Notes under the pieces: generated by a model | Databases searched by the model: none | Told to the model about the DNA's origin: nothing | The model's input: the letters and a program-made list of their open reading frames with translations, nothing else | Source: Acidimicrobiia bacterium | GTDB taxonomy: Bacteria; Actinomycetota; Acidimicrobiia; IMCC26256; JACDBD01 | Length of the DNA stretch: 64,000 nt | Reading direction: 5' to 3' | Assembly (NCBI GenBank): GCA_051002235.1 | Contig: JBPCMN010000069.1 | Coordinates: forward strand, 670-64,669 | Position numbers and translations under genes: made by a program | Part shown: piece by piece, positions 57,242 through 64,000 of the stretch | Layout of the letters: every line of letters starts with the position of its first letter | Numbering within the stretch: the first letter of the stretch is position 1

Positions 57242-58344
57242 CTGCCGCGTCCCCCGGCGTCGACGCCACCGGGCTCTTGGCCGGTGTCCGGGTGGTCGAC
57301 CTGAGCATCTGGCGCCCGGGGCCGTACGCGACGCAGCTCCTCGTCGAGATGGGTGCCGACGTCGTGAAGATCGAGCCCCCCGGCGGCGATCCGATGCGGG
57401 TCTTCCCGACGTTGTTCGCGGTGCTCAACGCCGGGAAGCGCAGCGCGGCCGTTGATCTCAAGGACATCACCGGTCGCGACGCGGTGCTCGACCTCGCGCG
57501 GGGAACCGACGTCGTCGTCGAGGGGTTTCGCCCCGGCGTCGTCCGGCGCCTCGGCGTCGACCATGAGGCGATCGCGCGCGTCAACCCGACGGTCATCTAC
57601 TGCTCGATCTCCGGATACGGCCAGGATGGACCGCTCTCGGAGGTGCCCGGGCACGATCTGAACTACCAGGCGTGGGCCGGGACCCTGGAACCGCGCCCGG
57701 GAGCGGACGAGCCCATCGTGCCCCGCCCGCCCATCGCCGACCTCGCCGGCGGTGCCTACGCGGCGATGGCGATCTGCGCCGCGCTGGTGAAGCGGGCCAA
57801 TACCGGGGACGGTGAGACGATCGACGCCTCCATGACCGACGTCCTGGCGAGCTGGACCGGCGCGGTGCCGCCGCTCACCCTGCCCGACGGGCAGAAGGTC
57901 GGAGGGGGAGTGCCGGGCTACGGGACGTTCCGTACCGCCGACGGCGGGTGGGTGGCGCTCGGCGTGATCAGCGAGGACCACCTGTGGGAGCGACTCACGA
58001 CTGCGCTGGGCCTGACCGACGCCGCGTCACTCACGTTCCCCGAACGGCTCGCCCTCACCGGGTCGCTCAACGACCGGCTCGCCGACGCCATCGCCGCCCG
58101 GGAACGCGACGAGCTCGTGGCCGACCTCGCGGCGGCGGGTGTGCCCGCGTCGCCGGTCCTGTCGCAGTCCGAGATGCTGGCGGCGGAGCATTTCCGGCAG
58201 CGGGGAATGGTCGCGCACGACGGGCAGGGTCAGCCGTTCATGCACCATCCGCTGCGCTATGAGCGCCATCCCGCCCGGGTGGCGCCGGAGGTCCCGCCCC
58301 TGGTCGAGGGGCCCCGCCGTCTCCCCGAGTGGACGGCCCGCTGA
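57238..58344 (+). CDS. CaiB/BaiF family (class III) CoA-transferase
   Basis: LAGVRVVDLSIWRPGPYATQLLVEMGADVVKIEPPGGDPMR and DLNYQAWAG. ATGA overlap with the upstream stop. Confidence 0.85.
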   Translation: MTAASPGVDATGLLAGVRVVDLSIWRPGPYATQLLVEMGADVVKIEPPGGDPMRVFPTLFAVLNAGKRSAAVDLKDITGRDAVLDLARGTDVVVEGFRPGVVRRLGVDHEAIARVNPTVIYCSISGYGQDGPLSEVPGHDLNYQAWAGTLEPRPGADEPIVPRPPIADLAGGAYAAMAICAALVKRANTGDGETIDASMTDVLASWTGAVPPLTLPDGQKVGGGVPGYGTFRTADGGWVALGVISEDHLWERLTTALGLTDAASLTFPERLALTGSLNDRLADAIAARERDELVADLAAAGVPASPVLSQSEMLAAEHFRQRGMVAHDGQGQPFMHHPLRYERHPARVAPEVPPLVEGPRRLPEWTAR

Positions 58345-58439
58345 CCTGCCCTTTCGGCCCGGCCTGATGATGCCGAGGCCCGGCCCCGGGGGTTGTACGA
58401 TGGTGATCAACCCACGTTTCCGACCTTGGACGCGCGCGC

Positions 58440-58655
58440 ATGAGTGGCAAGCGACAGCGGACGACCTTCGCCAAGACCCAGCGGGAGAGAGCCCGCATGG
58501 ACAAGGCCGCCGAGAAGCGAGCGCGGCGTCTGGCTCGAAAGCGGGGGGAGCTTGAGGAAGACGGCGCCGCCGATCCTGACGGCGATCTTCCGGTCGACTC
58601 GACCGAACAGCCGAATGAGCAAGCACAGCAAACACAAACAAAGGAAACAGCGTGA
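58440..58655 (+). CDS. possible small basic/acidic protein upstream of the cold-shock gene
   Basis: 71-aa ORF ([42 protein letters not shown]...). Its stop overlaps the GTG start of the cold-shock gene (GTGA). No family recognised, so this could instead be a 5' leader. Confidence 0.35.
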   Translation: MSGKRQRTTFAKTQRERARMDKAAEKRARRLARKRGELEEDGAADPDGDLPVDSTEQPNEQAQQTQTKETA

Positions 58656-58852
58656 CCAGAGGTACCGTGAAATTCTTCAACGCCGAGAAGGGCTATGGCT
58701 TCATCTCGCGCGATGACGGCGACGACGTCTTCGTCCACTTCTCCCAGATCGTGGGAGAGGGGTACAAGACCCTCGAAGACGGCCAGTCGGTCGAGTTCGA
58801 CGTAGCCCCCGGCCGCAAGGGCGAGGAAGCTCAGAACGTCCGTCCCGTCTAG
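58652..58852 (+). CDS. cspA: cold-shock protein (CspA family)
   Basis: [28 protein letters not shown] contains the RNP1/RNP2 motifs. 66 aa, with an AAGGAAA RBS upstream. Confidence 0.9.
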   Translation: MTRGTVKFFNAEKGYGFISRDDGDDVFVHFSQIVGEGYKTLEDGQSVEFDVAPGRKGEEAQNVRPV

Positions 58853-59680
58853 CTAGCTGCGGACGGGTTCCCGCTCGCGGTACGCGACTGCGAGCGCCAA
58901 CCGAGTCGACACGCCGATCTTGGCGTAGATGCTGCGCAGGTGGGCTTCCACCGTGCGTCGGCTGATCCCCAGTCGCTCCGCGACCTGGGGATTCGACCGT
59001 CCCCCACAGACCTCCTCGACCACCTCGTGCTCGGTCGGGGTCAACGCCTCCCATCCCGTGACCGCGCGTCGCGGGGCCGGGCGGCGTTCCCCCGAGGGTG
59101 ACAGGCGGGCCAGCCGGGCGCGGACGCGGTCGGCCTCGAAGGTCGCGCCGATGTCGTCGTAGTCGGACAGCGACCGCTCGAACAGGCCGGTTGCCTCGGC
59201 GGTGTCGCCCTGGGCGAGGAGCAACTCGGCCCGCTCGGCTCGTGCCACTGCGGCTTCGAAGCGGTGCCCGAGCTGCTCGAAGACGCCCGCGGCTTCCTCG
59301 AGCGCGTCGGCGTCACGGTCGACGAGGCCCCGGGCCCGCCGCTCGCGCCCACGCACGACGAGGTCCTCGGGTGATCGTTTGACTAGCGACGCGAGCTCGG
59401 ACGCGACCTGTGCTCCGCCCTCTTCGTCGCCCGACTCGACCGCCAGGCGGGCGAGGTCGCCGCCGACGAGGACGAGCGACGCCGACGCCTGGAGGCCGGC
59501 GGCGGCCTCCCACACCAGCCGGAGCAGGTCGAGGCCTTCGGGCCGCCGCCCCTGGGCGTCGAGGAGCAAGGCCCGCGCCAGCACGATCCAGTCCACTCCG
59601 AACTGGGCGCCACGCTCGGCGACGAGCTTGTCGCCGTCGTCGAGAAGTCGTGTCGCCTGGTCGAGCTCACCGCGGTGCAC
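58853..59680 (-). CDS. LuxR-family HTH protein, apparently the C-terminal third of a LAL-type regulator (likely 5'-truncated)
   Basis: C-terminal HTH LTPTEHEVVEEVCGGRSNPQVAERLGISRRTVEAHLRSIYAKIGV, preceded by TPR-like helices. No ATPase region is present. The frame stays open upstream into an unrelated gene fragment with no plausible start other than GTG 59680. Confidence 0.6.
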   Translation of the reverse strand: MHRGELDQATRLLDDGDKLVAERGAQFGVDWIVLARALLLDAQGRRPEGLDLLRLVWEAAAGLQASASLVLVGGDLARLAVESGDEEGGAQVASELASLVKRSPEDLVVRGRERRARGLVDRDADALEEAAGVFEQLGHRFEAAVARAERAELLLAQGDTAEATGLFERSLSDYDDIGATFEADRVRARLARLSPSGERRPAPRRAVTGWEALTPTEHEVVEEVCGGRSNPQVAERLGISRRTVEAHLRSIYAKIGVSTRLALAVAYREREPVRS

Positions 59681-59754
59681 GTGGACGCGTCCGGCGACGC
59701 CGTACGCCCACGCCTGTCCGATCGAGAACGCCCGCTCCTCGCTGTGGCTCCGAT

Positions 59755-59939
59755 CCGAACACGACGAGGCGGCTGCCGTCCTGGCGCTACGCCACCGGGT
59801 TGACGTGCTCCTTGCCCGACTTGGCTCCGGTGGTGTGCAGCAGGAGCAGCGGGGCCCCCTCGAACGGGCCGCCGACCTTGCCGGCGTTGGCCCGGAACTC
59901 GTCGATGATCTGCTGGTTGAAGTCGTTCACGTCGGTCAT
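59755..59939 (-). pseudogene. fragment of a deazaflavin-dependent nitroreductase-family gene with an in-frame stop
   Basis: The fragment reads MTDVNDFNQQIIDEFRANAGKVGGPFEGAPLLLLHTTGAKSGKEHVNPVA*RQDGSRLVVF. TAG at 59787-59789 occupies a position where I expect Tyr from my recollection of family members, not from an alignment. Similarity to the family ends after VVF. Confidence 0.6.
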
Positions 59940-60059
59940 GCCACTGGCAACGCCCGGCGTTGCCGGATCTAGTCCCGTGCACGAACGAGAAGCGGGTGGC
60001 GGCCGGGGGAGCCGCCACCCGCCCTCAGGTGGTTCGGTTGCGTTGCTGCTTCGGTGTTG

Positions 60060-60395
60060 CTACCGGTCGTCGCCGGGACCCTCGTCCTCGCCGGCGCCGT
60101 CCGACTCGCTGCCGACGACGTTGAAGTTCTCGTCGAGCTGCACGTCGACCTGGGTGCCGTCGTCGAGGGTGACCTCGACCTCGTAGAGGCTCTCCTCGTC
60201 GCCGACCTCGGTCTCGGTGACGGTGCCGCCGCCGGTCTCCGCGAGCGCGGCCGCCTTGGCCTGCTCGAGGGCACCGCCGGTGATCGGGGCCTCGTTGTCG
60301 TCGCCGCCGCCACCGGCGATGGCGATTCCGGTCCCCGTACCGAGGGCCACCACTGCGGCAGCCCCGGCGATGAGGATCTTCGTTCGACCTTGCAT
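60060..60395 (-). CDS. PepSY-domain secreted/membrane-anchored protein
   Basis: ATG 60395 after AGGAGGA. It has a TM anchor (KILIAGAAAVVALGTG) and a PepSY-like segment (ALEQAKAAALAETGGGTVTETEVGDEESLYEVEVTLDDGTQVDVQLDENFNVV). It is divergent from a two-component system. Confidence 0.7.
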   Translation of the reverse strand: MQGRTKILIAGAAAVVALGTGTGIAIAGGGGDDNEAPITGGALEQAKAAALAETGGGTVTETEVGDEESLYEVEVTLDDGTQVDVQLDENFNVVGSESDGAGEDEGPGDDR

Positions 60396-60533
60396 CGGTC
60401 CTCCTGCTGGATTCGTCGTTTCTTCGGTCTTCGTGAGCATGCCGGACCGGCGCTGAACCCACCCTGAACGTTCGCTATTTCAGCCTGCGTTCAGGTACCA
60501 ATGACGAGTGTAATGGGGGAGGAGCCCGGGCTG

Positions 60534-61211
60534 ATGCGAGTACTGGTGGTCGAGGACGAGCCCAAAGTGGCCGCCGCGGTCAAGCGCGGGCTCGAAGGGG
60601 AAGGCCTCGCGGTCGACGTGGCCGGCGACGGCGTCGACGGGCTCTGGATGGCCACCGAGCACGAGTACGACGCGATCGTGCTGGACATCATGTTGCCGGG
60701 GAAGAACGGCTTCGACGTGTGCGCGGCGCTCCGGGAGGCAGGGAACTGGACGCCGGTCCTGATGCTGACGGCCAAGGACGGCGACCTCGACGAGGCCGAG
60801 GCGCTCGACACCGGCGCCGACGACTACCTCACCAAGCCGTTCTCCTTCGTTGTGCTGGTCGCCCACGTCCGCGCCCTGCTCCGGCGGGCCAACCGCAGCG
60901 CGCCTGCACCGATCGAGGCCGGTGACCTGCGCGTCGACCCCGCCCGGCACCGCTGCTGGCGCGGTGACGCGGAGATCACGTTGACGGCGCGCGAGTTCGC
61001 GGTGCTGGAGTTCCTCATTCGCCGGGCGGGGGAGGTCATCCCGAAGTTGCGCCTCCTCGAGGGCGTGTGGGACTACGAATTCGACGGCGACCCGAACATC
61101 GTGGAGGTCTACATCCGGCATCTCCGCCGCAAGATCGACGAGCCGTTCGGCCGCAAGGCCATCGAGACCGTCCGAGGCGCCGGGTACCGCCTCGCTGCTG
61201 ATGGCGGCTAA
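60534..61211 (+). CDS. OmpR-family response regulator
   Basis: MRVLVVEDEPKVA...DAIVLDIMLPGKNGFDV...LMLTAKD...DDYLTKPF receiver domain plus a winged-helix output domain (LTAREFAVLEFLIRRAGEV...VRGAGYRL). Confidence 0.9.
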   Translation: MRVLVVEDEPKVAAAVKRGLEGEGLAVDVAGDGVDGLWMATEHEYDAIVLDIMLPGKNGFDVCAALREAGNWTPVLMLTAKDGDLDEAEALDTGADDYLTKPFSFVVLVAHVRALLRRANRSAPAPIEAGDLRVDPARHRCWRGDAEITLTAREFAVLEFLIRRAGEVIPKLRLLEGVWDYEFDGDPNIVEVYIRHLRRKIDEPFGRKAIETVRGAGYRLAADGG

Positions 61212-62493
61212 CGCGGGCAGGCGCCGCCTGCGCCGGGTGTTCGGGAGCGTCCGGTTCCGCATCACCGCGGTTGCGACGGGTGTCGTGGCGCTCGTGCTGG
61301 TCGGCACCGCGGTGTGGTCGGTGGGGACCCAGCGTCGGGCGCTGACCAACGTCATCGACGACCGGGTGGAGCAGCGGGCCGACGACATCACCGCGCTGGT
61401 CTCGGGAGGCACGATCGAGGAGCCACTGGCGCGGGAGTACGACGACGACGGCCTCGCTCAGCTCGTGGCGGCCGGCGGCGACGTGGTGGCTGCCAGCCCC
61501 AACATCGCCGGCGACCCCGCGGTGGCGGAGCCGCCCCCGCCCGGCCGGCGAGCGCGCGTCACGACAGTCGACAACCTCCCGCTCGGGGATCCGGGTGCCG
61601 AGTTCCGGCTCCTGGCCCGCCGGATCGAGGGACCGGCTGGTCGCTACGTGCTCTACGTCGCCGGTGAACTCGATGACGCCAACGAGAGTGTTGCCGTCCT
61701 CAGGCGCAATCTCTCGGTCGCGTTCCCGGGAGTCCTCGTCGTTGTCGCCGCGATCATCTGGTTCGTGGTCGATCGCTCGCTCCGCCGGGTGGAGGCGGCA
61801 CACCAACGGCAGCAGCGCTTCGTCGCCGACGCGTCTCACGAGTTGCGCACGCCGCTCACGAGCATCCGGTCGGAGCTCGAGGTGGATCTCGCTCATCCCG
61901 AGCAGCGCGACCTCGGCGCGACGCAGCGAAGCGTGCTCGAGGAGACCGTGCGGCTCCAGCGATTGGTGGACGACCTGCTGTACCTGGCGCGCAGCGACGC
62001 CGGCGCCGCCGGGTTGCGGCACGATTCGGTGGACCTCGATGAGGTCGTGCTGGAGGAAGCTCGCACCGTGCGCGCCCGCCGGGATCTCGAGGTGGACACC
62101 GCGGCGGTGTCAGGCGCCCAGGTGATCGGCGACGGCGATCAGCTCGGGCGAGTAGTGCGCAACTTGCTGGACAATGCCGAGCGTCACGCCCGCTCACGCG
62201 TGACCATCACGCTGGGGGAAGACGGTGCCGGGGTCGTGTTCGTGGTTGCCGACGACGGTCCTGGCATCCCCGCCGACCAGGCGGCCGGGATCTTCGAGCG
62301 GTTCGCGCGCGTGGACGAAGCTCGGGGGCGCGCCGAGGGCGGCAGCGGACTCGGACTCGCCATCACCCGCGACATCGTGAGCCGCCACGGCGGGACCATC
62401 ACCGTCGGCCCGAACCATGGCACCGGCGCCCGCTTCGTCGTTCGCCTCCCGCTCGGCCACGGGTCAGAATCACCACCCGACCCCCCGGAGTGA
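61201..62493 (+). CDS. sensor histidine kinase (HAMP-HisKA-HATPase_c)
   Basis: Two TM segments, H-box FVADASHELRTPLTSI, N-box RNLLDNAERHA, and G-boxes DDGPGIP and GGSGLGLAI. Overlaps the regulator gene by 11 nt. Confidence 0.9.
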   Translation: MAANAGRRRLRRVFGSVRFRITAVATGVVALVLVGTAVWSVGTQRRALTNVIDDRVEQRADDITALVSGGTIEEPLAREYDDDGLAQLVAAGGDVVAASPNIAGDPAVAEPPPPGRRARVTTVDNLPLGDPGAEFRLLARRIEGPAGRYVLYVAGELDDANESVAVLRRNLSVAFPGVLVVVAAIIWFVVDRSLRRVEAAHQRQQRFVADASHELRTPLTSIRSELEVDLAHPEQRDLGATQRSVLEETVRLQRLVDDLLYLARSDAGAAGLRHDSVDLDEVVLEEARTVRARRDLEVDTAAVSGAQVIGDGDQLGRVVRNLLDNAERHARSRVTITLGEDGAGVVFVVADDGPGIPADQAAGIFERFARVDEARGRAEGGSGLGLAITRDIVSRHGGTITVGPNHGTGARFVVRLPLGHGSESPPDPPE

Positions 62494-62503
62494 AGGAGCG
62501 CCC

Positions 62504-62974
62504 ATGAGTCCGGTCAAGCCCATCCCCGACGGCTACCCCCAGGTCAGCCCGTACCTCGTCGTCGACGACGGCGCCAAGGCCATCGACTTCTACACGAACG
62601 TCCTCGGCGCCAAGGAGCGCATGCGCATGCCCGCGCCGGGTGGCAAGGTCGGGCACGCCGAGCTTCAGCTCGGCGACTCCGTGATCATGCTGGCGGACGC
62701 CTTCCCCGACATGGGCCACGAGAGCCCCACGAAGATCGGTGGCACCCCCGTGACCATCAGCGTGTTCGTCGACGACGTCGACAAGACCTTCGCCACCGCG
62801 CTGAAGGCGGGCGCGAAGGAGCTGCGTGCTCCCGAGAATCAGTTCTACGGCGACCGGTCGGGTCAGTTCGAGGACCCGTTCGGGCACCGTTGGAGCGTGT
62901 CAACGCATGTCGAGGACGTACCTCCCGAGGAGATGAGCAAGCGCGCCGCTGCGATGGCGGAAGCCGGAGGCTGA
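62504..62974 (+). CDS. VOC-family protein (PhnB-like)
   Basis: ATG 62504 after GAAGGAG. PYLVVDDGAKAIDFYTNVLGAKE...GKVGHAELQLGDSVIMLAD...DPFGHRWSV. Confidence 0.8.
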   Translation: MSPVKPIPDGYPQVSPYLVVDDGAKAIDFYTNVLGAKERMRMPAPGGKVGHAELQLGDSVIMLADAFPDMGHESPTKIGGTPVTISVFVDDVDKTFATALKAGAKELRAPENQFYGDRSGQFEDPFGHRWSVSTHVEDVPPEEMSKRAAAMAEAGG

Positions 62975-62981
62975 CCGCGGG

Positions 62982-63410
62982 ATGGTCAACGCCAAGGATG
63001 TCGCCGCCAAGGTCGTGACCGGTTTGCACGAGGCGATCTTCCGCGCGAGCAAGGGGCGGCTGGCCAACAAGGGCTTCGGCATGCCGGTCGTGATGCTCAC
63101 CACGACCGGGCGGAAGAGCGGGAAGCCGCGCACCACCATGCTGACCTCGCCCGTCCAGGACGGCGAGCGGGTCGTGCTGGTCGCGTCCTGGGGCGGCGAC
63201 GACCGCCATCCGACCTGGTACCTCAACCTGCGCGACCAGCCCGCGGTCGAGCTCACCATGGAGGGGAAGACCCAGCCGATGCGGGCCCGGATCGCATCCA
63301 CAGAGGAGAAGGCCGAGCTCTGGCCGCGCGTGGTCGACGCCTATAAGGGCTACGCGCAGTACCAGAAGCGCACCGACCGCGACATCCCGCTCGTCATCCT
63401 CGAGCCGTAG
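62982..63410 (+). CDS. deazaflavin (F420H2)-dependent nitroreductase-family oxidoreductase (DDN-like)
   Basis: MPVVMLTTTGRKSGKPRTTML, GGDDRHPTWYLNL, YKGYAQYQKRTDRDIPLVILEP. Confidence 0.85.
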   Translation: MVNAKDVAAKVVTGLHEAIFRASKGRLANKGFGMPVVMLTTTGRKSGKPRTTMLTSPVQDGERVVLVASWGGDDRHPTWYLNLRDQPAVELTMEGKTQPMRARIASTEEKAELWPRVVDAYKGYAQYQKRTDRDIPLVILEP

Positions 63411-63418
63411 CGATCCAC

Positions 63419-64000
63419 TCAGCGCCCGAGCCGAACCGGCAGTGCCTTCAATGCGTTGTTGAGGTTCGAGCGGGTGCGACGAGGCTCGCCGGTGAGCTCG
63501 ATGGTCGCGAACGTGTCGAGCAGCTCCTCGAAGAAGATCCGCCCTTCGAGGCGGGCCAGGTGTACGCCGAGGCAGAAGTGCTCGCCGATGCCGAACGACA
63601 GGTGCGGGTTTGGGTCGCGGTGGATGTCGAAGCGGTGCGGGTTCTCGAACACGTCTTCGTCGCGGTTCGCCGACGTGTACACCATCGCCAGCTTCTGCCC
63701 GGCGGCGACCCGTACGCCCCGGATCTCGGTGGGGGCGGTGGCGGTCCGCCGGAAATAGTGCAGGGGGTTCGCCCAGCGCAGGATCTCCTCCACCGCGCCG
63801 GGGACGAAGCTGCGGTCAGTGCGGAGCTCGGCGAGCTGGTCGGGATGCTCGAGCAGCGCCAGCAGCCCCGCCGACAGCATGGTCTTCGTCGTGTCGTTGC
63901 CGGCGGTGACCAGCTGTACGAAGAAGCTCCCGAAGTCGATGTCGGTCATCGGGGCGCCGTCGAACTCCGATGCGAGGATGAGCGACGTCAGGTCCTCGCC
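63419..64000 (-). CDS. cytochrome P450, C-terminal part (5' end beyond the window)
   Basis: Heme-ligand motif FGIGEHFCLGVHLA, ExxR region (VEEILRW) and the I-helix motif VTAGNDTT. The frame is open to the window edge. Confidence 0.85.
   Translation of the reverse strand, partial: GEDLTSLILASEFDGAPMTDIDFGSFFVQLVTAGNDTTKTMLSAGLLALLEHPDQLAELRTDRSFVPGAVEEILRWANPLHYFRRTATAPTEIRGVRVAAGQKLAMVYTSANRDEDVFENPHRFDIHRDPNPHLSFGIGEHFCLGVHLARLEGRIFFEELLDTFATIELTGEPRRTRSNLNNALKALPVRLGR

Overview
High-GC (actinobacterial-type) chromosomal window in three parts. (1) 1-22.4 kb is a conserved housekeeping backbone: polA (3' part), methyltransferase, deazaflavin-dependent oxidoreductase, rpsA, coaE, uvrB, uvrA, a peptidoglycan hydrolase, nadA, uvrC, rapZ, yvcK, gap, pgk, tpiA, secG and tRNA-Leu(GAG). 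(2) From the tRNA-Leu to about 45.8 kb is a composite accessory region. Partial copies of the tRNA-Leu 3' end punctuate it: one 55-bp exact copy, several 19-21 bp cores and a 13-bp scrap, read here as att-like scars of repeated integration. No integrase is visible. The region carries an IS3-family element with a 4-bp target duplication, a 5'-truncated MobF-type relaxase/helicase fragment, and a duplicated module (small Cys-containing secreted protein plus alpha/beta-hydrolase/class III cyclase) with one intact copy, one decayed copy and a third remnant. It also carries a frameshifted SRPBCC gene, an MFS transporter and the most interesting element: a co-directional operon at 30.2-39.4 kb. That operon encodes a large LuxR (LAL-type) regulator, a 606-aa protein with six 16-aa tandem repeats, a lipoprotein, a YcaO::TfuA fusion protein and a PAPS-type sulfotransferase. 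I read it as a candidate undescribed thioamide-installing (plus possibly sulfating) RiPP or protein-modification system with no canonical short precursor gene. (3) 45.8-64 kb holds mostly metabolic and regulatory genes. Notable items are an orphan reverse transcriptase abutting a decayed, 5'-truncated Y-family polymerase gene, a 2Fe-2S ferredoxin::cyclase fusion, a rearrangement scar joining two gene fragments, and a PepSY/OmpR/histidine kinase unit. This part also contains several F420-type oxidoreductase paralogs and a partial P450. No CRISPR array or rRNA was seen. Domain calls come from motif recognition by eye, and no database search was run.
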